Assembly: GCA_963750165.1 (NCBI GenBank)
Contig: CAVVPN010000011.1
Span: forward strand, 1,760,001 to 1,824,000
DNA: 64,000 bases
Source: an uncultured Gemmataceae bacterium
Lineage (GTDB): Bacteria > Planctomycetota > Planctomycetia > Gemmatales > Gemmataceae
Reading direction: 5' to 3'
The notes below the pieces were generated by a model. That model did not search any database. It was not told the origin of the DNA and saw only the letters and a list, made by a program, of their open reading frames with translations. Made by a program: the position numbers and the translations under genes. Below, in pieces: positions 36,217 through 46,820 of the stretch. Numbering within the stretch: the first letter of the stretch is position 1; each line of letters begins with the position of its first letter.

Positions 36217-38881
36217 ATGGCCATCGCCTCCCTCGCCAACTTGATTGACCAGGTGAGCCGCAGCCAGTTGCTGCCCGAGGAGCAGCAACAGGAACTGGCC
36301 GGCCCCCTGCAGGCGCGCTTTCAGGAGCCGCGTGAACTGGCCCGTGAGCTGGTCCGCCGTAAATGGCTGACGCCGTTTCAGATCAACCAGATTGTCGCCG
36401 GCAAGGGCCGCGACCTGACGGTCGGGCCGTACATCGTCCTGGAGCGCATCGGCGAGGGCGGCATGGGCCAGGTGTACAAGGCCCGGCACCGCTCCCTCGA
36501 ACGCCTGGTCGCTGTCAAGGTTGTCCGCAGAGAGTGTCTGGACAACCCAATCACCATCCGCCGCTTCCAGCGCGAAGTCCAGATGGCGGCCCAGCTGCAA
36601 CACCCGAACATCGTCCGTGCCCTCGACGCCGATGAGGTTGGCGGCATGTACTACTTCGTCATGGAGTACATTGAGGGCATGGACCTGGCCCGGCTCGTGA
36701 AGGACCAGGGGCCGCTGCGGCTGCTGCAGGCATGCGACTACATCCGCCAGGCCGCCCTGGGGTTGCAGCACGCCCACGAGCATGGCATGGTCCACCGCGA
36801 CATCAAGCCGGCCAACCTGCTCGTCAGCCGGCCCGGCTCGTGGGACAAGGGCCAGAGCAGCCTGATGCCCCGGCCGTACGCCGGTGCGCTGCAATGGGGC
36901 GTCGTCAAGGTTCTCGACATGGGGCTGGCCCGTTTGGAGGACCGCGACGACCGGCCCGCTGGCACGCTGTTGACGCAGGTCGGTTCGGTCATGGGCACGC
37001 CGGATTTCATCGCCCCCGAGCAGGCCCGCAGCGCTCGCTCCGCCGACATCCGCTCGGATCTGTACAGCCTGGGCTGCACCCTGTACTTCCTGCTGACCGG
37101 TCAGGTGCCGTTCCCGGAGGGGTCGCTGACGGAGAAACTGCTGTACCATCAGATGGACGAGCCGGCGCCGCTGGAGCAGGTGCGCCGCGCCTGGCGGGCG
37201 GAGCAGGCGGCGGCGGGCCACTCGGCGGCCTTGAAGGACGACCCGGCCGTGCTGGGCGCGGTGTCCGTGCTGGTGCGGCGGCTGATGGCCAAGAAGCCGG
37301 AGGACCGGCTGCAAACGCCCGCCGAGCTGGCGGACACCCTGGCCGAGTTGGCCCGGCAGGCGCTGCAACCGCCGGCGCCGCGGTCGTCCCGGGCCATGAA
37401 ACGAACGCACACCCTGAAGCGTCCCACCCTGCCAGCCGCGCCCGCGGAGCCCGTCACCCCCGTGGCGATGCCCGTGACGGTGCTGGCCGAGCCCACCACC
37501 CCGCCGACAACACCGCTGCCGAAAGTCACCGCCCGGATGCCGCGACCACCGCAGCCAGCGCCCCGCCGCGCTCCCGCTGGCTGCACGGCATTACGATGAT
37601 GCTGTTCCTGCTCGTGGCCGCCCTGGCCCTGGGCGTGGTGGCGGGCTGGATGCCCGGCCAGGCGCCGCGCTCCGAGGAACCGCAGCCACAGCCTCCACCC
37701 CCGCCGCCAGCCCCGCACCGGCTCACGGAGGTGGAGGCCGCCTGGCAGAAGCTGCAAGCGCGGCTCGAACGGCCCGAGGGCGACGCCGCCCTGCTGCGCC
37801 GCGACCTGGTCGCCTTCCGCGCCCGCTTCCCGCGCGCTCCGGAGAGCAAACGAGTGACCGCGGCGCTGCTGGAGCTGCCATCGCCGCTGGACCACCTGGC
37901 GGCGCCGAAGGTGTCGGCGAAAGAGCGGTTGGCCTGGCAACCGAAGGAACTGGTCGGAGTGCTGGGCGACCGCAAGGCGGGCGCGGCGGCCACGGTCCAG
38001 TGCCTGGCCTTCAGCCCGGACGGCCAGCAGGTCGCCCGTGGCACTGCGGACGGCACGGTGCGGTTGTGGGACACGGCGACGCTGAAGGCAGGACCGGTGC
38101 TGGCGGGCCATCAGGGCGCCGTCGCGGCGCTGGCGTTCGCGCCGGACGGCAAGACGCTGGCGACGGCCGGCCGAGACGGGGCGGTCCACGTCTGGGACGC
38201 GTCCACAGGCAAGCTGCTGTCCAGCCTGCGTGAGCACAAGCAAGCGGTGATCGAACTGGCGTTCCACCCCGAGGGCAAGGGCCTGGTGAGCCTGGGCAAG
38301 GACGGTGTGTTGAAACTCTGGATTACCGGAGCGGCGAAGGCGGCCGGCATGCTGGAGGGCCGCAAGGACGTTTTGCCGGTGTGCGTGGCCTTCTCGCCCG
38401 GCGGTCGCACGCTGGCGTGCGGCCAGGCGGACGGCAAGGTGCGGCTGGTGGCGCTGGAGAAAAACCAGGTGATCACCACGCACACGGTCCAGACCGGGCC
38501 GGTGCGGGTGCTGGCGTTCAGCCCGGCCGGCCGGCTGCTGCTGACCGGCGGCGCGGACGGGCGCTGAAACTGCACGACTGGGACGGCCTGCAACTCACCG
38601 AACATGCGGCGCTCAAGGGTCACAAGGGGCCGGTGCAGGCCGGCGTGTTCAGCCCGGACGGCAAGTTCCTGGTGACCGGCGGCGCCGACCGCAGCGTTCG
38701 CGTGTGGGAGGTGCCGTCCGGCAAGAAATTGTACGGTCTGGAAAGTCTGCTGACAGGGGTCGGTCACCTGGCGCTGGCGCCGGACGGCCGGCACCTGGCG
38801 GCGTCCGGCCCAGGCCCACTCGTCCACCTCGTCCGCCTGGCGGCCCCACCGCGCGACCAGATGGCGCAAGAGAAACGCTAA
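36217..38881 (+). CDS. Ser/Thr protein kinase with TM segment and WD40 repeats (frameshifts near 37570 and 38560)
   Basis: GEGGMGQVY, HRDIKPAN, DMG, APE. WD40 repeats continue across ORFs 36732-38567 and 38381-38881. Confidence 0.87.
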
Positions 38882-39294
38882 CGCTGCTGCCGCCGTGCCA
38901 CCGAGACCAGGCCGGCGCTCGACTCGAAGATGCGTCGGCGGCGCTGCTGCGCCTGCGCGGGCGGTTCTTGCTGCCGTTGAAGGTCCGCCAGGTTGGCCAG
39001 GCAGAAAGAGCAGCCGATCGTGTGCAGGTGGAAGTCGATGTAATCTTGCAGACCCGGGTCGAGCACTTGCAGCAGAAAACTGCCGACCTGCTCGCGGGTG
39101 GGGCAGGTCAGGCGTTTGCGCCGCCAGACGGCTCCGAGCGAGTGTTCGCCGCGATCCATTTCGCGCATCAGCACCCGCAGTTGCTGGCGCAGCGGTTCCG
39201 ACTCGCGCAGCGCCTGCTCGATGACGGCGCTTTCGTGGTCGCTGAGGGTGTCGTCCAAATAGCCGGCCAGCTGTTCGCGCGTGATGATGCTCAT
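38878..39294 (-). CDS. Putative zinc-binding anti-sigma-like protein
   Basis: LAGYLDDTL..E..LR; CPTREQ..FHLHTIGCSFC. Directly downstream of the ECF sigma gene. Confidence 0.65.
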   Translation of the reverse strand: MSIITREQLAGYLDDTLSDHESAVIEQALRESEPLRQQLRVLMREMDRGEHSLGAVWRRKRLTCPTREQVGSFLLQVLDPGLQDYIDFHLHTIGCSFCLANLADLQRQQEPPAQAQQRRRRIFESSAGLVSVARRQQR

Positions 39295-39403
39295 ACCTTC
39301 CCCCGAGACGCAGACGGGTTGCAAGTATTCAACCACCGCGGTGGGGGAAAGTCAATCGCGGGCTCCGTTCCGGGAGCCCGTGCCGCGCCTGTAATTTGTT
39401 CGG

Positions 39404-40045
39404 CTATTCTTCCCGTGCCTGGTGCAACTCCGGAAACACGTCAACCGGCAGCCCCAGGTCGCGCACTTGCTCGGTCAGCTTCTTGACCGCGGCGAAGCGA
39501 TAGTTGGCAACCTGCTGTTCCGTGATCTTCAGCAGCGCCGCCACGTCGCGGTTGGCCATGCCCTTGACCATCAGTAGTTCCAGTACCTTGACGCGCAGGT
39601 GGTCGCCGCGTTCCTGCCACTGCCGCAGCAGCTGGCCCAGGCAGCGGGCGAGGGCCTCGCACTCCAGCTCGCGCCGCTCCTGGCTGCGTGCCAGGCTCGA
39701 CGCGGCGCCGTGCAGGTCCAGCTGCTGGTGCAGCAGGTCGCCGGGGTGGTCGGAGACGTGGTGCATTGGGTGCCGGCCGGTGCGGCGCAGGTGGTCCGTC
39801 AGTTTGTACGACGCGATGGTGAAGAGATATGTCTGTAGTTCGCGGCGCTCGTCGAAGTTGGGCAGGCTGTTTAGAAAACCGATGAATGTCTCCTGCACCA
39901 CGTCTTCGCTGAAGCTGCGGTCGTGCAGGCGGCGCTCGACGAACGCCTGCAGCCGGCCCTCGTAGCGGGCGATCAACTGATCCCAGGCGCCGGTGTCGCC
40001 CTGGCGGATTTGCTGGATCAGCAGGCGGTCGCTCTCGGAGGTCAT
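39404..40045 (-). CDS. ECF-family RNA polymerase sigma factor
   Basis: GDTGAWDQLIARY, SEDVVQETF, YLFTIA; region-4 HTH NRDVAALLKITEQQV. Confidence 0.9.
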   Translation of the reverse strand: MTSESDRLLIQQIRQGDTGAWDQLIARYEGRLQAFVERRLHDRSFSEDVVQETFIGFLNSLPNFDERRELQTYLFTIASYKLTDHLRRTGRHPMHHVSDHPGDLLHQQLDLHGAASSLARSQERRELECEALARCLGQLLRQWQERGDHLRVKVLELLMVKGMANRDVAALLKITEQQVANYRFAAVKKLTEQVRDLGLPVDVFPELHQAREE

Positions 40046-40058
40046 GACATGCCGTGGG

Positions 40059-40607
40059 CTAGGGTTTGTGGGCGACGGTTTGATTATAACATCCGCCGCG
40101 GCCGCACTGCCACCACTCCCGCAGCCGCAGCAAGCCGCCGACCGCCGCCACCACCAGCACCACCAGCGGCACCCCCTGCGCCGACAGGACCAAGCGCTCG
40201 TGCGACCGCGCCTGTCGCCGCAACTCCTCCAGCTGCGCCGGCGTGATCGTGATGGTGACGGCCCAGCACTTGAGCCACTTGCCGTTCACGTCGCGCCCCG
40301 GCTGTTCCTCACGTTGCGTGACGAACTGAGCGCGGACCTCTTCCAGCGACAACCCCCACGAGTGGTCCGGTCCCGGCGGCTGCCCGTAATGGTTCAGGAA
40401 CCGACGGGCGTTCTCCAGAGCCCGCTCCAGGGTCTCCTCCTCTGTCTCGCCCCAGCCGCGGAACGTGAACGTCTGCGCCCCGCTCTTCGTGGGCTTCGCG
40501 GGGGCGGAGACGGTGGACGGCTGCGGCGTCGGGTCGGCCCGGCCGAGCGCGACGCGGACCAGCGCCACCAGCAGGACCGCCAGGAGAATTTTTCGACAGC
40601 ACATCAA
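40059..40607 (-). CDS. Hypothetical membrane-anchored exported protein
   Basis: Signal-like N-terminus and C-terminal TM; the start overlaps the region downstream of the kinase. Confidence 0.5.
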   Translation of the reverse strand: MMCCRKILLAVLLVALVRVALGRADPTPQPSTVSAPAKPTKSGAQTFTFRGWGETEEETLERALENARRFLNHYGQPPGPDHSWGLSLEEVRAQFVTQREEQPGRDVNGKWLKCWAVTITITPAQLEELRRQARSHERLVLSAQGVPLVVLVVAAVGGLLRLREWWQCGRGGCYNQTVAHKP

Positions 40608-40628
40608 GCGCTCCTCTCGGTCCGGGAA

Positions 40629-42167
40629 TCAGGCGTTGGCCAGGCGCAGTTTCTTGGCTTTCGGCGCCGGCGGCGGCTCCCACGGGCTGACCAGCTGGAT
40701 GACGACCGCCGCCAACACCAGCGCCACCACGCCGTAGGGTTCCTGCGGCCGCGGCCACAAAAACAGCAGCACCGTCCCCCAGAACGCCGCGCACACGACA
40801 CCGAACAGGCTGAAACGCTGCGGCCGTCGGCGCTCGCCCATCTTCCACCAACGCATCACCACGAACGCCAGCGCGAAGTAGCTCAGGTAGCGCGCCGTTG
40901 TGGACATGCCCTGCTCGCCGAACAGGGCCGGCAAAGCCAGGCGCCGCGCCGGCTCCGCCCGCTCCTTCGCCCCCGGGCTCAGGCTGCTGCCAGGCGCCGG
41001 GCCAAAGACGGCCGGCAGTTCCTGGCCGTCCAGCCACAGCGTTTGCAGCCCCAGCCCCAGGCCCAGCGCTGAAAACAGCACGCGCAACTTCCACGACTCC
41101 TCGACCGGCGCCGACAGGCATTTGACCGGGATCAGTACCGCCCAGCACGCGGACACCGTCAGGAAGAAATAGCGGCCCAGTTCGTCCAGGGCCGTGCGAT
41201 CCATGACGCTACCACACACCACCACCAGCAGCGCGGCCAGCACCGCGGCCAACGTCAACGAACCGCACAGTTCCGCCACCAGCCGGCGCGGGGCCGGGGG
41301 CATGCCGGGCGGGCTGGGGGTCGGGACCGGAGCGGGAGTCGGTTTGGCTTCCACCGGCGCCGGCGGCGCCTCCGCCGGGCGGCCGAGCGCCTCGATGGCC
41401 CGGGCCATCTCGCTCATGGTGCGGTAGCGCTGCAGAGGGCTCTTGGCCAGCGCCCGCGCCAGGATCGGCTGATACTCCGCTGGCACCTTGCTCAGGTCCG
41501 GCAGGTTCGTCTGGTGCTTCATCATCACTTCGACGGCCGACTCGCCGATGAATGGCGGCTCACCGGTGAGCATCTCGTAGAGGATGACGCCGCAGGCGTA
41601 AATGTCGATCTGGTTGCCGTAGTTGCCCGTGCTGATTTCCGGAGCCATGTAGTAGACGGTGCCGACGCTGCTCGTCTGGGCGAGTTGATGGCTGTCGTTG
41701 AGGCACTTGCACAGGCTGTAGTCGCCGACCTTGGCGCGGTTGTTCTCGATGAAGACGTTGGCGGGCTTCAGGTCGCGGTGGGCGGGGCCGTTGCTGTGCA
41801 GGTAGACGACGCCGGCGGCGATCTCCAGAAACCACTGCCGGGCCAGTTCCGGATCGAGGCCGCGCGGGTGCCGTTGCAGGATCGTGGCCAGCGACTCGCC
41901 GGCCACGTACTCCATGATAATCCAGTGGTTATCCTTGTCGTCGGTTTTGATGTCGTACAGCGTCACCAAATTCGGATGCTTGAAGTTCAGGCACGGCTTC
42001 ATGCCGCGCAGCTCCACATCATGGTTCTTCAAAATGAGCTTGAGCGCGACCTCCTTGCCGGCGTCGCTAACGGCGTAGTAGACCTCGCCGAAACCACCGT
42101 GACCGACGCCGCGCTTGATCGTGTAGCCGGGTAGCGGCCGTTGACCGGAACTGTAGGTGAACTTCAC
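40629..42167 (-). CDS. Ser/Thr protein kinase with multi-TM C-terminus
   Basis: GHGGFGEVY, VALK, HRDLKPAN, DYS (DFG variant), YMAPE, followed by about six TM helices. Confidence 0.88.
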   Translation of the reverse strand: MKFTYSSGQRPLPGYTIKRGVGHGGFGEVYYAVSDAGKEVALKLILKNHDVELRGMKPCLNFKHPNLVTLYDIKTDDKDNHWIIMEYVAGESLATILQRHPRGLDPELARQWFLEIAAGVVYLHSNGPAHRDLKPANVFIENNRAKVGDYSLCKCLNDSHQLAQTSSVGTVYYMAPEISTGNYGNQIDIYACGVILYEMLTGEPPFIGESAVEVMMKHQTNLPDLSKVPAEYQPILARALAKSPLQRYRTMSEMARAIEALGRPAEAPPAPVEAKPTPAPVPTPSPPGMPPAPRRLVAELCGSLTLAAVLAALLVVVCGSVMDRTALDELGRYFFLTVSACWAVLIPVKCLSAPVEESWKLRVLFSALGLGLGLQTLWLDGQELPAVFGPAPGSSLSPGAKERAEPARRLALPALFGEQGMSTTARYLSYFALAFVVMRWWKMGERRRPQRFSLFGVVCAAFWGTVLLFLWPRPQEPYGVVALVLAAVVIQLVSPWEPPPAPKAKKLRLANA

Positions 42168-42183
42168 GGAACGACCTCCTTTT

Positions 42184-42298
42184 TAGTCACCAGTCATTTG
42201 TCATTAGTCATTTGTTCGCAAGGATTGCGTTGTGAAAAATTCCTCTTCTTTGCCCGGACCCTGGGAACTAATGACTAATGACTAATGACTGATGACTA
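42184..42298. repeat. Inverted heptamer tandem repeats (TAGTCAT)n / (AATGACT)n
   Basis: Direct reading; a second copy lies at 47920-48025. Confidence 0.75.
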
Positions 42299-43660
42299 AA
42301 ACCGTTCAAGCTGTCGGTTAACTGGCTCCAGCGACAGTGAGAAGTCGTCGCCCGCCACGGTCGCGGCGCCTTCCAGCAGGCCGCGCTCGCGGACCAACTG
42401 GCCGTTGATCGTCATGGCCCCGCCCGAGCGCACGCCGAGACCGTCCTTGTGGCGGAACAGCACCAGCGGTTGCTTCAGGTCCGGCATGCTCACGTGCGCC
42501 TGCTGCCCTGGGCCGAGCACCAGTGTCTCGGCCATCAGCAGCACGCCGTCCAGCGCCAGCCGCAGCCGATGACCGCTCACCAGGTCGATGCGAGCGCTGG
42601 CGCTGACCGGCACCGCCTGCCGGAACTGAAACTGACAGGATGTGCCCAGTGTCACGCGATCACCCGACTTCAGCAGCGCCCGGTCCACCGCCTGGCCGTT
42701 CACCTGCACCGGCCGGTGCGCCTCCAGCACATACGCTCCTTCCGCGTCGCGCAACACCGTGGCGTGCAGGCGCGATACGTCCGCCAGCAGCCCCACGTCC
42801 ACCGCGTTCTCCGGTGTCGCCTGGCCGAAGGTGATGCGGTTGCCCAGGCAAATCAGGTAGCCGCCAACGCGGTCGATCCACAGCAGGTAATGCGTCACCG
42901 GCTCCAGCTTTGTTCGGTCGATGACGACCTGCGGTGGCCCTGGTGGGACGACGATGGTGGGCGGCTCGACCGCCTTCCAGGCCCGCGACCGCACCCGCCG
43001 CGCCTCGGCGTGTTGTGGGGCGATGGCCAGCACCTGTTCGGACAGCTCCAGCACCTCCGGCCAGCGCTCCTGAGCCACCGCCTCGTGCAGGTTCAGCAGC
43101 AGCCGGGCGAAGGCGTGTTTGCGTTCCTGGAGCTGATTTTGATAGCGCTCCAGTGAGCCGAGGGGCGTCGTCAATCGACGGCGGACGTGTTCCAGGGTGT
43201 CCAGCGCCTGGGCGAACTCGCCGCGCTCGGCGAATTCACGCGCCAGCGACCAGTCCTTGGCGGCCTCCTCCATCGGCTTCAACTCGGGCTGGTTGACAAG
43301 ACGGTCGCGCAGCTGGGCGATGGCCTCAGCAGCGCGGCCTGGCTCGCCTGCCTCCAGCAGCGCCCGCACCTCGGCGATGCCGAGCCGCGTCAGCGCCTGC
43401 CGCAACCGCACCGCCGAACTCTCCGGCACGCCGACCTGCTCCGCCTTGAGCAGGTCATTCCAGGCGGCGATGGCGTCGTCGTGCCGCAGATGGCGTTCGC
43501 CGCGCTCCGTGAAGGCGCGGGCCAGCTGCTGGAGCAGGTCGTTGGCGCGCTTGTGGGCGCGCACCGTGGGCTGGTTCAGCAGCCCCAACGCCTCCTCCAA
43601 TCGGCCGGCGCGGAGGGCCTCCTGCGCCTGGCGAACCGTGACCCATGCGAATCCAAGCAT
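42296..43660 (-). CDS. TPR-like helical plus FHA domain protein
   Basis: Helical N-terminus; LLWIDRVGGYL..ADVSRLHA..VNG..GDRVTLG FHA-like domain. Confidence 0.75.
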   Translation of the reverse strand: MLGFAWVTVRQAQEALRAGRLEEALGLLNQPTVRAHKRANDLLQQLARAFTERGERHLRHDDAIAAWNDLLKAEQVGVPESSAVRLRQALTRLGIAEVRALLEAGEPGRAAEAIAQLRDRLVNQPELKPMEEAAKDWSLAREFAERGEFAQALDTLEHVRRRLTTPLGSLERYQNQLQERKHAFARLLLNLHEAVAQERWPEVLELSEQVLAIAPQHAEARRVRSRAWKAVEPPTIVVPPGPPQVVIDRTKLEPVTHYLLWIDRVGGYLICLGNRITFGQATPENAVDVGLLADVSRLHATVLRDAEGAYVLEAHRPVQVNGQAVDRALLKSGDRVTLGTSCQFQFRQAVPVSASARIDLVSGHRLRLALDGVLLMAETLVLGPGQQAHVSMPDLKQPLVLFRHKDGLGVRSGGAMTINGQLVRERGLLEGAATVAGDDFSLSLEPVNRQLERF

Positions 43661-43682
43661 TGAATGGCACCGTCGAGTTCTT

Positions 43683-43743
43683 CGTGGGGTAGACACATTC
43701 CTGTCTGCCAACCTTAACGGCAGACAGGAATGTCTGCCCCACG
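43683..43743. repeat. REP-like doublet (GGCAGACAGGAATGTCTGCCCCACG family)
   Basis: Inverted pair, near-identical to the reverse complement of 48836-48894. Confidence 0.8.
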
Positions 43744-43755
43744 GAAGAAGGCCCC

Positions 43756-44532
43756 TTACTCGTCATCCTTCTGGGCAACCTGCGGCATCGTCGGAGTCTG
43801 CCCGTCGAGGAAGCGGCGGACCTCCTGCGGCGACACGGGCGGCTCCGCGGCGGCGGCTGGCGGCGCCGGCAGTTTGCTGCGGATCTCGCGGTCCACCCTG
43901 GACTTGTTCTGTTCCACTGACTGGCTCCGCTTGATGCTGTTCAGTGTGTCGCGGATGTCGGCGATCAGCGGGTCGTTGGACTGCGCCGGCGAGCCGTCCT
44001 CCGCCAGGTTCAGATTCTGTTCCCGCAGTTCCAGTTCGGCCAGCTGCCGCTCGAACTCAACCTTCTGCGCGTACAGCCGCTCCACGCGCACCTTGGCCCT
44101 GGCGATGGTCTCCTCCAGCGCCTTCAGTTGCTTTTCGCGCTGTTCCTGGAGGTGCTTGTCGCGCTTGAAGGCGTGGAAGGATTCGGTCAGCCGCGCCCGA
44201 TCGATGGCCGCCACCTCATGCTTCTCCGCCTTCTGCGTCAGCGCCTCGAGTTCCTTCGCCTGGCGTTCGAGGGCGGCGCGCCCGCTCTTGACCTTGACGC
44301 TCAGTTCGTCCGCCTCCTGCATCTTCTCGGCGATCGGGCCGAGGCTGTCCTTGATTCGGGCATCCAGTTTGCTGATCTGGTAGCGGACGCGGTCCATCTT
44401 GGATTCGCGCGACTCCCAGCTGGCGAACTGGCGGCGCCAGCCATCGAGCCAGGCGCCCACACGGCTGCTGGATTTCGCCACCGTCACTCCCGCCGTCAAC
44501 AGCAGCCCCACCACGACCAATTTCTTCCACAT
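43756..44532 (-). CDS. Exported coiled-coil hypothetical protein
   Basis: MWKKLVVVGLLL N-terminus, long heptad-rich region; first gene of the STK/ECF operon. Confidence 0.65.
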   Translation of the reverse strand: MWKKLVVVGLLLTAGVTVAKSSSRVGAWLDGWRRQFASWESRESKMDRVRYQISKLDARIKDSLGPIAEKMQEADELSVKVKSGRAALERQAKELEALTQKAEKHEVAAIDRARLTESFHAFKRDKHLQEQREKQLKALEETIARAKVRVERLYAQKVEFERQLAELELREQNLNLAEDGSPAQSNDPLIADIRDTLNSIKRSQSVEQNKSRVDREIRSKLPAPPAAAAEPPVSPQEVRRFLDGQTPTMPQVAQKDDE

Positions 44533-44691
44533 GATCGACCCCTTTCCCTGTGATAAACCCCTTGGGTTTGGTTGTGTGCGAAACCATCGCCCGGGCCGGA
44601 CGCTATCCAGCCCTTCTGTTATTCGCTCGTCAGGGTAATGGATTTTAGAAAAATGTGGGGCGGGGTTGCAAGGAGAGTAGCGGCATGGTCA

Positions 44692-44733
44692 GAGCCCAAG
44701 CGCCAGCGCGGGGCAGCGCTGGCGCTTGGGCTC
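44692..44733. repeat. Palindrome GAGCCCAAGCGCCAGCGC..GCGCTGGCGCTTGGGCTC
   Basis: Perfect arms; related units at 60730-60810. Confidence 0.7.
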
Positions 44734-44758
44734 CGACCCACCACGAAAAATCATGTGC

Positions 44759-45523
44759 TCACGGCGGATCCCAGCGCAACGTGCAGCGGTTTCGGCCGAC
44801 GGGCAGTTTGCCCCCCTGATTGATGTTGCGGACCTCCAGCCGGTATTGACCGGTCACCCGCGGCTGGAAGACGATGTAGCAATCCTTGACATCCCGGTCG
44901 TCCCAGACGATCGGCATCGGGTTGCCGGGCTCGAAGATGAACAGATCGATGTCGGTGTTCTTCTGGGTGTTGACGCGCACCTCCGTCCGCTGGCCGGCCC
45001 GGAAGTTGGCGAAATACGTCTTCGTCTCGCCCGGTTCGATGCTGAAGGTGCGCTGGTTGGGCGGGTCGCTGTTGGCGATGATTACGATGACCACGATGAC
45101 CACGATGAGCAGCAGCAGCACACCGCCGCCGACGCCCAGGCCGATGGCCACCTTGGCGCCCGTGCTCATGCCAGCCTGGCGGCGCCGGCGCCGCGGCCGG
45201 TCGTCGAACTCCTCATCGTCGCGGTAGCGACCACGGCCGCGGTCCCGGTCGAGTTCGTCGCGGTCGAACTCGTCGCGGCTGCGGCGGTCGTCGTCGTCGC
45301 GGTCGGCGTAGCGGCGCGGCGGCTCGTCCACGGGGCCGCGGCGCGGCACCGGTTCGGGCACCAGGCCCGGCACCGTGCTGGCCGGCGCCCATTGCGGCAT
45401 GCCCTCGTGCCACACCATGTCGCCCGCGTTCAGATGGCCGCCGGCCGCCAGCTGCCGCAGTTGCGCCTCGGACACCGGCCCGGCCTGCTGGCCTCCCGCC
45501 GTGTAATACCACAGGTCCGCCAT
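44759..45523 (-). CDS. GYF_2 (DUF4339) domain membrane protein with C-terminal PPC-like beta domain
   Basis: WYY..GQQAGPVS..L..G.L...DMVWHEGMPQW; RD-rich linker; TM; DIDLFIF domain. Confidence 0.8.
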   Translation of the reverse strand: MADLWYYTAGGQQAGPVSEAQLRQLAAGGHLNAGDMVWHEGMPQWAPASTVPGLVPEPVPRRGPVDEPPRRYADRDDDDRRSRDEFDRDELDRDRGRGRYRDDEEFDDRPRRRRRQAGMSTGAKVAIGLGVGGGVLLLLIVVIVVIVIIANSDPPNQRTFSIEPGETKTYFANFRAGQRTEVRVNTQKNTDIDLFIFEPGNPMPIVWDDRDVKDCYIVFQPRVTGQYRLEVRNINQGGKLPVGRNRCTLRWDPP

Positions 45524-45550
45524 ATCGACCCTCCCGCGTGCCGCGCCGCG

Positions 45551-46311
45551 TCAGTTGTGCCTCATCTCCACATCGTTGAACCGCTGCATGTCCTTGTTCC
45601 ACAGCTCCACCCGATACACGCGCGTGACCGGCGGCTGCCAGATCGCCTGCCGCTGGTCCGAGAAGCCCGCGGTGCTGCTGGCGACCATCAGGTTGGTGAC
45701 CGTGTCGTAGATGCGGACCTCCACGTCGGTGCCATCCCGGCCGCTGATGTTCACCTGGGCCGGGCCGCCGCTGCGAAACTTCACCAACCAGAACTTCTTC
45801 TCGCGGGGCTGAAGCAGGTGGCGGTGGGCCATCGGCCCGACCGTGGCGCCGCCAACCGGCGGCGCTGCTTTGGCACCGGCGCTGTCAGGGGTTGGTTGGT
45901 CGAGATGGCGTTCCGCGACGCCAGCACGGCAATGACCACGACGACGACGATGAACAGCAGCAGTACGCCGCCACCAATGCCCAGGCCGATGGCCACCTTG
46001 GCCCCCGTACTCAGGCCCTCGGGCTCCGCCCGGCGCCGCGGCCTGGGCCGGTCGTCGAAGTCATCGTGCCGCGGCCGTGGCCGATCCGCCGCCGTCGGGG
46101 CACGTCTGGACGGCGCCGCCGGGGCCTGCGGTTCCTCGGCGCGGAAGGCGAACTCAGGCACGGCCTCGGCCGGCACCCAGCGCGGCATGCCTTCCTTCCA
46201 AACCAGGTCGTGCGGTTGCAGCCGGCCCGCGGCCGCATAACGGCGCAGGTCCGCCTCCGAAACGGGCCCCACCTGCTGGCCCTGCTCCGTGTAGTACCAT
46301 TGGTCGGCCAT
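45551..46311 (-). CDS. GYF_2 (DUF4339) domain membrane protein, paralog (frameshift near 45850)
   Basis: Same N-domain and STGAKVAIGLG TM; the C-domain is in ORF 45551-45832. Confidence 0.75.
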
Positions 46312-46350
46312 GGCGCCTCGCTCCTGTTTTCGTCCCGCAAACTGCCCGGC

Positions 46351-46674
46351 TCAGTGGACGCGCATCCTCATCACGAGCATCACCGCCGCGATCACCAGCG
46401 CCAGGCCGACAACCACCCCCAGGCGGATCGTAAGCCAGACGTTGGAGTGAGTTCCGGCGCCGTCGAGGTCCACCACGCCGTCCGCTCTGCCGCCCCGCGG
46501 CGGCCGCAGCCCGAACTCCGAGATGGTGTACGCCGGCACCCAGCGGCGCATGCCGTCTTTCCAGACCAGGTCGCGCGGCCGCAACAACCCGCTGGCCGCG
46601 TACCGCCGCAGTTGCTCGGTGGACGCCGGCCGCTGCTGCTGACCCATCCGGGTATAGTACCAGACTTCGGCCAC
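46351..46674 (-). CDS. Short GYF_2 (DUF4339) domain protein with C-terminal TM
   Basis: WYYTRMGQQQRP..DLVWKDGMRRW. Confidence 0.72.
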   Translation of the reverse strand: MAEVWYYTRMGQQQRPASTEQLRRYAASGLLRPRDLVWKDGMRRWVPAYTISEFGLRPPRGGRADGVVDLDGAGTHSNVWLTIRLGVVVGLALVIAAVMLVMRMRVH

Positions 46675-46820
46675 GGGGCGTCTCCTGACGGGCGGCCCGC
46701 CCAGGCCGTGGAGGGGCGGCGGGCGGCGCTCAACTTTCCTTTATTTAACCCCGGCTCGGGACGACTGCAAGTTAAGATGGGAAAAAAACGTAGGGGATCG
46801 TGGACGCGCCTCTGCCGCTG

